A DNA stretch of 63,993 bases, counting the filler, from Sphacelaria rigidula (Eukaryota), in assembly GCA_964200075.2 (NCBI GenBank). It is 3 parts of 3 records of this genome, joined end to end, with 100 filler letters (N's around TTAATTAATTAA, not from the genome) between each part and the next. Parts side by side here need not be neighbours in the genome. Positions count along the whole stretch, not along the records: positions 43,207 to 63,993 come from CAXNAA020000492.1; 2 more parts are not named here. The stretch is one strand, 5' to 3'. The translations under genes and the position numbers were made by a program. Below are positions 51,301 through 63,993 of the stretch, one piece after another (the first letter of the stretch is position 1; every line of letters starts with the position of its first letter). The notes beneath the pieces were generated by a model. The model had not been told where the DNA came from. It saw nothing but the letters and a program-made list of their open reading frames with translations, and did no database searches.

Positions 51301-52844
51301 TTGGATAACAGAAAAAGCGAGCGCGCATTTACATCTATCGCACAGGTTCGACGTTCGGCGCGTTTGTTATTGAATAATGAGGAGGGTGTCCGCAGTGCGC
51401 AGTGCGCAAAGTCAAGGTGAATGCTCTGATTCGATCGAAGCATTACAGGAAAGTGGCCCCGGAATGTACTTTGCACATCACAAGCTTGAACAACACTATG
51501 CATCATACATCGCACCTGGCGTTGTGATCTAGTACCTCTTTTGCTTCTTGTCTTGCACGATGAAGGACGATTTTTGTTAGACGGAAGCATCACGCCGCGT
51601 GTGAAGTCGCCACTTCTATGATGTCCAACACCAAATCACACACTTCTGCTGCTGTACCTTCACACAGTCAGGCGTGCACCCCACACTTCGGGCTAGGTGG
51701 CTAGTTTGCCAGAGTAGTGTCGTGAAGTCTTGCAAGCTGTGTCCCCACCAAAGTTCCTGTATCGTATCGAGTGTAGATCTTCGATACGTATCGCGTCATT
51801 TTCCGAGTATCGAAAAAATGTCGGTATCGACGCTTTTTCGTCGATATTTTGAGAATACTGTATCGAAATTTTTTTTTCGTTCGATTTTCAACACTGGTAC
51901 CTGGAGTATCGACAGCTCAAATTAGTCGTACCCGTACTCTACTCCACCCAAGTCATGTTTGAAATGAATCATTCGTGGGGAATTGATTTTCGCGAGCAAT
52001 GACAACTAGAGGGTCGGTGGCACTATTTGTTCAACAACACTGAAGCAAGTGGCGAGACTAGCAATGCTATTATAGTCGCAAAGCGACAATGAACATATAA
52101 TCACACATGCTACCTCAAGATGAATTACCCAGCAGCCCTTCGTCGTATCGGTAAAGCATTGTGCATAATACATGACAGCATCATCACACATCAACTACGC
52201 ACGAGGCCTGATCTGGAAGGATACCCTAACGACCCATCGAAGGAACAGCTCTGCACAAATCACGATGACTCACGGGCCAATGGCGGTGAGGAAGGAGAGT
52301 CCGAGGTAGACCGGTGTGATGTGCTGCGACAGCGTAAACGTAACGTACCCCAGCATCATGCCGTACAAACCTGCACAGCGACGGCGAAATCGCGGTATGC
52401 AGCGCATCGATGACAGTTCGGACATACAGTATCAGGATAGCAGGGCGTACACAATGCGCAACGAGGAAGGTTGGCCACTTCAATAACGTGAGAACCAAAT
52501 GAAGGCACAAATGGCCGATTAACATACTTAATCCATGCCATGCGGACTGTGATTGATGCCATGTACGACGACATAATCCAGGCTGGGATGTCAGAAACTA
52601 GGACGGAAGGGTGTACGACATGCGGACGGCTTAGCAAGGACAACGGGCGCCTCGGGTTACAGCTCCCAACATCTCAAGCAGTAGCCGATGCTCGACTTCA
52701 GTCGTATAATTGACTGATTTGGGAGAAAACATTCCTGTATGGAAAATTAACATTTCGTCAAATCCTAACACTCGATCAGGAGATCCGTCTCAAAACGTCG
52801 TTGGTGTGGACAGTGCATTATAACATCTGCATGTTCGTACACAG

Positions 52845-53436
52845 CAAAGGTTTCAGGAGCAATGCGCGAGTCAAAGGTATGGAATAAGACGACAACCTGC
52901 GGCGCACTGAAGAGCAAGGAGTGGATGCTGACACCACAACAGAGAACCCAATCCTAGTCCAGCGAGACAAGGCTTTCAAAAGACGAAAAAAAAACTTGTC
53001 CCGAAAGGAACTTCGACGCAAAAGGGAATACCGCACCCATGAGCCTGATGCATCCGCCCCCCCTCATAAATCGTCACCTCCACGGTCGCCGAGTGCCTTG
53101 CAACCCAGCACCAATGCGCCATGCTACGGATAAGATCATAAAATTTGCGACAAAACACGATCGTCACTCGTGCAACGTAGCACCAACCCAATACCTATGC
53201 CATCAACCGACGAACCTGCCCTGGAGCGGAAAAAACCCACAACGGGACTGAGCGTCCTAACCAGCGGAGATCTTTGAAGGACAGACTCCTCCACCTCCAC
53301 GCCATTATCCAGCACGTAGGAGTTGGAAACGCAGTTGGCAATCGACCATGTTCCCGATCCGGTGCCATTGTTGGCCGACATATGCCCCTCACCATTACCT
53401 GCATACATACGTGCACCGTGCATTCATGTTTCGTAG
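52845..53436 (+). pseudogene. Decayed low-complexity terminal exon with a basic NLS-like stretch
   Basis: CAG acceptor at 52844; one protein-like frame (…KAFKRRKKNLSRKELRRKREYR…) is broken by four single stops (52885, 53131, 53275, 53317). Confidence 0.4.
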
Positions 53437-55039
53437 TTGAATGCTGATAGGAAACACGTGGTAGGCCGGCATTCATTTATTCATTGAGTGAGTGAGTGAG
53501 TGAGCGACTTTTTTTTTTCTATTTGGTTGACTGTCGTACTTCTAACCGATTCTCGAGGGATAAACTCGTGCTCACATGATACACGTACCCGAGACAAACC
53601 AAGCCATGTCGAACCGTTGTAGCGCTCGGAGATAATGGTGGCATTCTGTTCGCTTGTCTATTTTGAGTAGGCTTGGAGTAGTTGATCTGATGAAAGACTC
53701 GATGCCTACATAGAATCAGGGAGGCATAGGCGCGCCGGGTCGTTGCCACGCACATACCCGAATTATAGTCTGTAAAATAAGCACAGCACAGAGCACGGTA
53801 CAGCAATCTCCGCGGGATACGCGTTGTTGGAGGTGCGTCCATTGTGCTGACGGAGCCTTCCAAACAAACAGCTGCCAGCACTATGCTGTGTGATAGAGAC
53901 GCCCTCAAAACTCCAGCCCCGCCTACTCAACCATGATCATAGACGGTCGCACTTGCCATATTCCAAAAAGAAATAACGGATGTTTTGAGCAGAATGTATT
54001 CTTGATTAACCAAGTATAATACCTGGGCATTTGCTTTATCCAAATTTCGGTAGATTGGGTACGACCTCACAAACTCCACCCAAATAATGGGCAGAGTTGG
54101 GCATGCTAGCAATAGCGGCAATATTTTACCCAAATATTAGGTGAGTGCTCTCAGCAGTACCTGGGCACAGAGTATCACTTTGGCATGACCCCAAAACTCT
54201 ACTCGAAAGTTGGGAAGAGTTGGGTACGATCTCAATAACAAAATTGAGTAATCTCGGTAACTGTGACCGTCGGCGACTTCGTAATGTCACTTCACAGACG
54301 ACCTTGACTATGAGGGTGAATGATGACCGCCCGCGAAAAAAACGTTTAGCTTCATCGCCCCGCACATGAAAACTCCGAATTGTGGCCACATTTCAGTTTT
54401 CAGCACAGGGCGCCATCACCTTCTTGCGTGTATTTGACTAGACGGGCAGAGGGGGCACAAATGAGCGCTAATAAGGACCACACGCTACGGAAACTACTAG
54501 AGGTAGTGCAGTGAGTATAGTGCAGCACAGGACAAGACAGTATACTGTCCATACAGATGTACACCAGTACGTCGATCGATCTCACGTACATGTTCCACTG
54601 CTTGTATTATTCTCTCGTCTTGTCCTGTCATACGGTATACTGGACTGCACTGTCTGTACAGTAATTTCGGTAGCGTATGGTGTTCCATACGTACACCTGT
54701 GAACAGAGAAAAAAATTGCGACAACGAGATGCTCTTGATGTTGTCAACGGGCAATATGTCGCGTGTGAAAAAATCTGGTGCAAAGTAAACGTGTACATTG
54801 ATCTGCTTGTACTTCTATCCTGTCCTGTCCTTCCCTGTCCTGCAGTGTACTGACTGCACTGGTATTTGTGTTTTCGGTCATGTGTGGTATCTAAAACGCA
54901 TCCTTGTGAGAATCGACGAAAACAATACAAGATATATGAAGGTGTTTTGTTGTGTAGGGTCAGCAAACGCGCCAATACGGGGTTGTCAAAACCGTGGATA
55001 CAAATTGAGGTTACGACCGATATATCTAGTCGTGTATGT

Positions 55040-55810
55040 ACGCTACCCAAATTTAGGATAGATTGGGACCAACCTCAACACTCTACACCCCGAAATGGGG
55101 CAAGGTTATACCTGATGTCCACACTTTACGTGTGTACTGGCCGAGCTCTCTCAGCGATACCCGGGTATAGAGTATCACTTGAGTAGAACTCAATAATCTA
55201 CCCACATATTGGGTAGAGTTTGGTTTTTTTATTCATTGGTTTTCTATGTATTTGCCGCACTTTGAACCCCTCCCCTTCCTCGGGATGAGTCCGTGGTCTC
55301 AAGGGAGCAACCCATCTCCGGTGCACGCCTCGCATTTTGGTCTCGCGGATTGGGTCATGACTATCAGCACTCCCGCACCGCGTCAACTCACGTCAAACAA
55401 TTTCAGTCGACTGCTTTTTTTACTCACCTTCTCACGCTTTGCACGGTGGAAATTAGACATCAAGAAGAACGAACCCAACGCATCGGGAATCGAACCCTCG
55501 TTCTCTCCACCCTAGTGGCGACAGTCGGACCATTACACCACCGGGGCGCGGCAAAGGTGTGATCTCGATACTCTACCCAAACATTGGGTAAGTACTCTTA
55601 GTAATACACGGGTATGGAGTATCACTCGGGTATGATATCAAAACGATACTCAAATTTTGGGTAGGGATGGGAAATACCTCGATACTCTACCCAACTATTG
55701 GGTAGAGTTGGGTAAGATCTCAATACTCTACCCAATATTTTGAGCTGAAAGTGCGAGGTTTGAAAATACTCGGGTATAGGGTATATCCTACTAAACACAC
55801 CCTTGGAAAC
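55040..55810. repeat. Repeat family with ATACTCTACCCAA...GGGTAGAGT palindromic units, interrupted by a SINE
   Basis: The same motif family occurs at 10020-10250 and 54030-54250. Confidence 0.65.
55222..55552 (-). mobile_element. tRNA-derived SINE (family 1), full length
   Basis: Head GCCCCGGTGGTGTAATGGTCCGA...GGGTTCGATTCCCG; colinear with 15672-15983. Confidence 0.75.
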
Positions 55811-55859
55811 TTCCACGGTTCAGACTAATCAAAGTTAATACGGGTTGACTCCCCATGAG

Positions 55860-58140
55860 TGATTGCATACGAATCATGTACCAAAGAGTCATCCCGTATG
55901 AATCATGGATGGTAAAGTTGTACGTTCAAGATCATACTGCACGATTCACGAAGTGGGAATGTAATCACTCCAAGTAGTGTCAGACGAATCAAGAGTGCAA
56001 AATATGTACGAATCATATTTCATGAATTATTGGTGGGAAACAGGTACACTTGATTCATCTTGTACGGAAGATGGGGAACATGTACGTACGATACGCTTGA
56101 TTCACCCTGCATGGGTGGAAGGCGGAATACATCTACGTATGATTCAGTCGGCATGAACAGTAAACGAGAAACGTGTACGCTTGGCTCATCTCGTATGAAT
56201 GGAAAGTGAAGAACATGCGCCTATGATTAATGCTGCATGGATGAAGGGGGAGATATATGAACGTTTGATTCACATGATATGAACGGAAGGTGGGAAACAT
56301 ATACCAATGATTCATGCTCATGAACGCATCGTGGAAAACATGTACAAAAATCACCTGATTCATGCTGTATTACTCAAAGGCGAGAAAAACGGCATGTGCC
56401 GATGATTCATGCCGTGTGAATATGGAAGGTTTCGTGATACTATTTTGGGGGTGAATGAGGGCCGATTTGGGGTACAATATATCGGGAAAGTGAACATCGA
56501 CACCTATCCACAGAAGAAATGAAGCCTAAATGAGCCAATCAGCAGCAATCACAAGAGCATGTGTCACCTCGAAATAGCGACCACGCTCATATAACATGTA
56601 CTATTGTTACAGTACATGCTACAACAAGCCTGTGACTGACTTTGCTGTACGTCTGTACACAGGGTCACAACAACAGGAGGATAGAAGCTGCTGCTCGTGT
56701 TGTTGTTGTGCCAAGCTTTCAAGGCGGGTTTCTCGGCAACCCAGAGGATTGCACTGCGGTTTGTTGCTTGCGCTTCCCACACACCCAAACTAGTGAAATA
56801 TATTATATATTCCCTTGACACGTCTCACAAACGCTGCACGCTACCAGAATGTACTGAAATGTACTGAAAAAGAACGTTCTTCTTTGCTGTTTGGGAGGCT
56901 TTTTGGGTCCGCTGTGCGATCTGAGTGAAGTTTAAATATGCTTCACCAGCTTTTGCGTGTGTACGAGAGGCTGTAAAGTGCCACAGGCCGGCTTGCTTCC
57001 TGTGCCTCGAGAAAACCGCGATGAAAGGACTGCAGATGTCGTATACTAATACCAACTTTTAAGGGGATGAAGCGTGTGTCTTGCTCCAAACAGCTGATGA
57101 CGGGCCCATTAGTCCTCCGCGTTTCCTTCGTTTAGCCTAGCCGCGCATTTTTAGTCGTTAAGGCCCTCATTCACCCCCATAACTGTTTGCTGTTGTCCGC
57201 TGTGCAGATTGCACAGTACTATGCGCTGACTGCAGTGGGCGCCTCCGGAGTGTTTCCAAAACCTCACACGAACATGCGGGGACGACTCTTGCAGTACTGG
57301 TGCTGTCTGAAATTGTCGCTGTACTGTTTCATATATTCGGATCAACTGTACCGCAGAACAAAACATGAAAAGCGGAAATGCCGTCAACAGCTTAGCTCGG
57401 GAAAACAACCTGCTGATGTCCTACACCTGCAAAAAATCTGCGCCACCGAAGAGTCGCGTCCCATGAAATGACTGCTGGGAAACAAACATGCTCTCATGAT
57501 TCATATAGTATGAACACAAGGTGGGAAACATGTACGTATGATTCACGCTGCATACATGAAGAATGACAAACATGTACACCTCATCCATCTCGTATGAATT
57601 GAAGGTGGGGAACATGTACGTATGATTCACACGGCAGAAAGAGAAATTGGGAAACATGTACGCTTGTTTCACCTCGTATGAATGGAAGGTGGGAAACATG
57701 TACATATGATGCATGCTACATGGATGAAAGGGGAGAAACATGGACGCTTGATTTCACCTCGTATAAATGGGAGGTGGGGAACGTGTGCCTACGATTCATG
57801 CTGTATGAATGGAAATTAGGAGAGGTTTATTTTACATACCTTTTTTGTCACGACTTAGTCTGCTACGTCGTTCTGTTCGACCCTCTTTTTTTTTATGTTC
57901 TTTCTTTTTTCTCAGAGCTTGTTTCAGTTTCATTTTTGTTGGGTACGTACGTCTATCATGAGACCACGGCTGGACCCCTGGGGGGTTAGTTAAAGTGCGA
58001 CAATTAATCAATCAACCAATCAATCAATTATCTATGATTTATACCACACGAATGGAAGGTAGGAAACGTGTACCTTGGACGATGTACCGCACGGATCACG
58101 AACCTGAAACATGTACAAATCACAACTTGAGTACAAGTCG
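55860..58140 (+). repeat. Interrupted 42-bp tandem array (blocks 55860-56430, 57478-57820, 58030-58140) with 84-bp alternation
   Basis: Unit about ATGATTCACGCTGTATGAATGGAAGGTGGGAAACATGTACGT; the minus frame gives a 14-aa periodic YMFPTF..Y peptide. Confidence 0.85.
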
Positions 58141-59760
58141 TGTGGTAGATTTGTTCAAGTGTTGAATATGAGTCAGATCACGATTTTATTCGTCCGAACC
58201 GTGAACATTTTGTACTTCAGTCTGGTTTAGCGCCCAGAGGCCATCAATGCATACAATCATCTCCCGATGCCGGAGCGATTGTCAAGCCTTGGGCGCGTAA
58301 GTAGTTAATATCGCACTCGAGACATTCAATATACCTACTTCCAAAGTACGGAGAATGACAAGTACACGCGTATGGAGGTCCTGGAGCAATGAACAGATAT
58401 TCCACCTTCTTTGGAAGTAGCGATTCACAGCACGAGGCAGGTACTGTTTGAAAGCGGTACTCACAGGCTTCCCGCCGACGCTCGCAGGACGTGTATATTA
58501 GTCGCTGGAGTCCAGAAATATGCGAAAAAACAAACGTCTAACTTTTCCGAGATCATGTTTTGCGTGTTTTTGGATCTTTGACTAACTCCGTGCACAGGTT
58601 GTAATGTCTACGTTAGAAGGACCTTGACGATAGCTGTCATTCGATATACGTTCCTCCATGTGGGGTGTCATCCTACCAGACGATGAAAAGCAGTGCCCGT
58701 ACGTAGCCGTAACTTCCGTCACTTTATCTCAATCACACAGCCACCTTCCAGGTTTCTTCCAACGAGGTTGTACTCCAGTATTCTGGCACTCTGCGTGGTT
58801 CATCAGTGTTTCGCTGGCGATGAAGTCACCTGCAAGCGGCACTTGCTAGCAGCCATCGCTTGAAGACGAAGTTGTGCTCATGAAGTCAGCAAATAGTGCG
58901 ATATTTGGTAGTCGTGCGCCGTGAATTGATGATTAAAAGTGGAGTTGAAAGCATTGGTGGCTGTATCTTGGTCACGTCGCGCATGTTAAGTTGTTTCAGT
59001 TTACCTCGTATTGGTGAAGATATTGCCAACTACGTGCACGATGTTTGAGAAAAGAAGATGCGGTCGAAACGATCATTAACATCAACGTATAGTAATAAGC
59101 ACGGCAATTTCGCCGCACATGGCTCTTGCTGGCGAATCCAAGCTCTTCAGGCATCGTACTACACTTAGGGTGCAGGGTTTTGCTGTTTGTTGCACTGGAG
59201 GCATATATCATGTCATCTGTGTACTTATTTGGAGTTGACATGCTGTCGACCAGCCGTTTCTTCGTGCTTGACAGCCAGTACAACACTGTACAGTCAGCGC
59301 TGGATACCGGCTGCACTGAAGCAAAGTCAAGCGCGCTTTGATATCCTGGCATATGTAGGGTTGTCCAACTGCTGCCGCGATGTTCAACTCACGGGATAGG
59401 TGAAATCACGTCAAAACGTTTGCAATGGATCTCGTATGGAGTGCAGATGACGTGCATATTTTTCTTGTCTTAATAGGCTACATAGCGTCGTAGATTTCTC
59501 CATTTGATCTTAGAACAGCGGTATAAGGACATAGCTACCTAGGCACAGTTCTCGCGAAAGTCTGGTCAGTGGGATTTTTCAGCTAACGTTTCCGACACGT
59601 CATTAACTTGAACCGAGGTGTTTACCTGACGATGTCCAAATGAATCAGCTAAACCTCTTGTGATATGTTGTGATGGAATACCCATGACCTTGAGGTTATG
59701 CATATTGCGTTGGGGATGTAGAAAGCGATATATTGCGAGAGTAAAAGTCTCCCACAACAC

Positions 59761-61429
59761 CTTGGGGCTGGCCCGCGCGGTGGGGAGCGGTAGACACGAG
59801 AGCACCAACAAAGTCCACCCTCCCTTGTCTCATACTACCTAATTTTGCTCGAACGCGTCGGTTATACTTTACTCCTGAACTTTGTGATGCATTTTCAATC
59901 GTTTTCGCAATCGGTTATTCTTGCTGCGTGCTGCACTTTGTCTTGAAGGAATGGGGGTCAAGTGCCCAACATCACGTCCAGAAACTCGCGATATTTGCCA
60001 TCAACGGTAAAACAGAGGTGATTAAACCGGTATAACCAAAAGTATGTGGTCGGCGGCACATGTTCATACGCGGTACTCCAATTTAATCATAACCAACAAT
60101 GAGACACAGCCGCAAATTACACAAAAAAACAGAAGCAAAACGGTGATAAAAACGCACCAGCAACTCAACCGCGACACACCTTCTCTGCCTCGTTTGCCTC
60201 GCCCCCCGCCCCCGCCCCCGTCTCCGCCTCCACCCCCTCCCTGTCGCCCTCTCCCTCTCCCATCACTATCGGCTGCTGGTGGGCCCGTTGCCTTTTGCTT
60301 CGACCCCAAGCTGAACCACTCACCTTTGCTCTCCACTGCGGGTGCTTTTCCACCCTGTTGTTTTTACGGGGAATCGTAATGTGAAGACGATAATATGTAG
60401 GTATGGCATGGTAGGTATACTACTTGGCCGTTTAACATCGATCAATCTGCGTCGAATCCAGCTGTGGTCACAATATGGACATACACCAAACATTGCTGAA
60501 TTGGCACATGCTTGCACTCAACTGCCACATGTGATGCACGTATCCTGCCACACGAAGGCGTTCAATACATGACAGCACGTTGAGAGCACGCGATTTTTAC
60601 ATGTCGCGGGCCGACAGTTCTGTACACTAGCGAGCTGTTCAAGACTTACGCGCACCAGCAGCCAGCAGCCAACTAGCGCTGCAAACCCAAACCAGAGCGT
60701 TCGAGTGCAAAAATAAAAACAAATGGACACCCCACACCAATCGATGGTGCTACAGCAACCACGACAACCTGCTACACAACAATAAAAGGCCAATACACAC
60801 ACCTGAGCCGCAGTGCTCGGGGTGGCCTTGGATCCTCCTCGCCCTGGGAGCCAAGCCGCACACCCCCCCGATGCTCCCGAAAGCCTGAGGCTCATACCAA
60901 CACCCCAACCCCTGCCTTGCTTGTTCGATGCGAATACTTGGGCACCATGCAATCCACCCGAATCCCAAGCACAAGCATTGCTGCTGGGTATTCCACGAAC
61001 CATCAATCCATCTTGGGCAGGTGATGCAGCTTGCAGCTTCGACTCCACCTCATAACGCAATTCCACAACGTTCCTTGAGCAATCCCGACGTGTCCACGCA
61101 TCTCGAACGGTGATGGAGGTGTACCGCTTGACTGGTCTTCGCTTGCAGCTCTGACCATTGGGGTGTAGGCTATGAGGTTGAAGATGCCTGCGGCTTGTCT
61201 GGGGGCGTGTTGCTTGCGTTGAGGGAGATCCTAAGAGTGAGAACGCGGTGGTTGGCGCTGTCGCAAGTGCCCCAACCAGCACGGCAGTGAACCGGCCAGC
61301 TCGGCTGAAAGGCGGTTCAACAACGTTCGAGTACGATGGTGATGGCGGTGGCGGTGGTGATGATGACACTCGACACAGCACAATTGCAGAGATGGTGCGC
61401 CATCCCAATACGGCACAAATGCCATACAT
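59761..61429 (-). CDS. 5' exons of a probable organelle-targeted protein with a Gly/Arg-rich region; 3' part not found (possibly truncated)
   Basis: Phase-consistent exons 61429-60803 (…RFTAVLVGALATAPTTAFSLLGS…, donor GTGTGT), 60354-60180 (AAAAAACAACAG acceptor; GRGRGRQGGGG…GRGKRGRE) and 59838-59761 (GSMRQGRVDFVGALVSTAPHRAGQPQ). Confidence 0.5.
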
Positions 61430-63993
61430 TCACTACGGAGAACTACTGCCATGACTGCCCATCAACCGCGCAGAGAAAGTCGTGCTTGGATCATCGGGCA
61501 CGTCGGTTATTCGGCGTATTGCCCAGCCCGGTTACCTCAGGGCAATGCGAAAAGTATTCGGCAATTGCAAGCAGAACTACTCAAGGCAACCCCTCCCCAC
61601 TCGCTAAGAAGTTTCCGTAGTTGCTTTGAAAGCTGAAAGCTGGGATCTAAGCTCGCATCTAAATTTACATGAATGAAACAGTGTAGTGCAGTACAGCAGT
61701 ACTCACAATGCAGTACAAAGAGTACAGTTGCATCAGAAACAACATGCATTCCCGCATTTATCAGGAACTCTAGATCGCACAGCATGGGGGAAGTGTTCAG
61801 GATTTGGTACTGTACAGATTGAATCACGATTGATGAGGTACTAGTCATACACGTTACCCCTGGCGCTCGCTCACCTAAGCACGATGGTAAACGGGTACCG
61901 CATTCGGTGACTTCCTTCCGTCTCACACCCGCGATTACCTGGTGCCTTCATCCCATGCAAAGTAATGTGTCCGACGTACGGCAGTTTTGGGGAAATCGAA
62001 CAACCGCCGCCACCCCCACACTGCTTAGAAAACACTGCCCACAATCGCAGCATCGCAATAGCTTCATGCAACGGTACACTTCAAGGGTTGCCTCTACTTC
62101 TACACACTTCTGCACCACATTCCAGGTATCTACCTCGCTGGGCAAATATATGCCCACGTTAAATGTACAAGCCAAGCTCGAGTCATTGTGTTATCACAAG
62201 ATACAGCATCAACAGCGGACGCTACAGAAACCTCGACGAGGCGACTCACTGAAATGGGGTACGAATACGAGTACAGGCAATGGTGTACAGGGCGGCGATC
62301 ACACGATAACACGAGAGGCAATCCGATACAGTTTAGTTACTCCAAGCCCAGACTGCACCGACACCGACTGCTGCGTGACAATTGTGCAATTGGACGGTGC
62401 TTGCAGTATAGAAGAGTAGTAGCGCCGCTATTGTCATTCGCGCGGACTTTTACGGTACCCTAATCCTTCGAACAGAGGGCGATGCCGCAGGTGACGGTCC
62501 AGGCGGCATAGCGTACAGCATATAACAAGGGTGGTGATGAGTGTTTCGATCTCGATTTTTTCCATGAAGAGGAACTGAAACCCTCTAGGGTTTCCGTTGC
62601 GTACGTATGAGAATATCTTAACGAGATCTGCCCAAGGCCATGACACAGCCTTCGATGGCGTCGTGGCCGCTTTGTCGAGGTTCTATACAACATACCAAGA
62701 GGGGGTGTTCTCCTCCGTCACCAACGTTGCAGTACGGTCGAGTGCGGTGTGGAACATTGGATACTGAACATTGCCAAGCCATGGATACGGGTGGATACGG
62801 GTGGATATCGGGTGCTACAACAGAAAACAAGTAAACGATCAACTTCCTTACCTGATGTGATCCCTTGATGCTTCTGTATCATGGGCACGGGCACCCTAAC
62901 CTGCCTGATGCCGCATACAACGAACCACTGCATCGATGTACACCAGCGTTATTCACACATCGCACCAGCCCCGACATTCAGACCCGTGATCGTAAGATAG
63001 TAGATTCCCGGGCAAGCACGCATGACAACATCACAGCTCTGGTAGAACGCACATCGCTACAGCGGCGAGCTGAATACGCTACGTTTCCGCCCTGGACGAG
63101 TCATAGAAGTATATATTGGTGGCAAAGGCATGTATTTGCGGTTCAAATCCCTCATAACAGAATATGTGGCGCTTTGAAAATATCAATATTAGAGTATGGC
63201 TAACATGCGCGGGCAGATTGTGGCCGTTTGAAACTTTGTCATCTCGAGACACGTGGAATGTATTGCACTGGAACAGTGCGTCGCTCCGAGACTAGTGGTA
63301 AGAACGATTCCGAGGTGAGAACCCAAGTAAAAAATTTCCTGCAGTGAATGATCCAGCCACATTTACTGCAGCAGCATCGTCCTCCTAATCTTGCTGTGCC
63401 AATTTGTTGATCGGTACGACACACTGTGTTGTATCTGAAGCACAGAGTGTACTTGTAATGTGCAGGACTAACCCGAGCAGAACGCACCCCTGCAAGCGCC
63501 CAAGCAGGTACATAGGTGAGGGAGAATTCTCGAAAAGTGACTCTTTGAGCAGCCATGAGTGGTGCTGTGGCCAGGAGCTGTATATTTACCGAGAAACGGC
63601 TGCCATGTACAAAATATGTTCGCACCTCTCCTGTCTTGGGATAATCCTTTGTCACATGACATGTGCAGATTGCCGTGATGACTTCTTGTAAGGCCGTCCA
63701 CCACACATTTCATTCACTGCACAGCCATCCGTTCAAGGCCTGAGTCTATTTTGTGCCCTAGTGTGTTGCACTATTGTAGGTGAAGTACCGGCACGTAATA
63801 CGTATTATATGCAAGCATTGTACTGTCTTTACTCTAGTCTGCGTTGTAGGTAACGCCTGGTTCCCGAAAAAACAGAGGATACTAGAAAATGAGGTTCCTC
63901 AATAAAATGAGGTTCGAGCTCAAAACAGTACTTTCTCCACGCTTTCAGCGATGGTGCCCAATGACTTTCTTGTCGGCCTAATGCCCCTCGATC

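Noticed and set aside
62200-62600. Protein-like fragments (RRLTEMGYEYEY; GGDECFDLDFFHEEE) divergent from the 61429 gene
   Set aside because: Multiple stops and frame changes and no consistent splice model; too weak to call.

Overview
Eukaryotic, gene-poor, repeat-rich genomic DNA of about 50% GC with long GT-AG introns. The gene architecture and repeats look like a brown alga (Phaeophyceae), but that is inference. Two 100-nt scaffold gaps carry an artificial TTAATTAATTAA linker, so the window is three joined contigs. The one clearly reconstructable gene is an intron-rich Ser/Thr protein kinase on the + strand (about 23092-31077) with all main catalytic motifs and a basic, NLS-like C-terminal tail. 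Its penultimate exon coincides with a ~440-nt imperfect hairpin (29946-30388) that stays stop-free in one frame and buries a splice donor; this is the best candidate for a novel element (small-RNA precursor or splicing switch). The window also holds a signal-peptide first exon running off the left edge, several decayed genes or exons, and a probable organelle-targeted gene start (-, 59761-61429). Mobile elements include a Penelope-like and a chromoviral Ty3/Gypsy remnant, tRNA-derived SINEs (one nested antisense in a copy of its own family), and piggyBac-, Tc1/mariner- and PIF-like MITEs. There are also 63-bp and 42-bp higher-order tandem arrays. All splice models were derived by hand and need RNA-seq confirmation.
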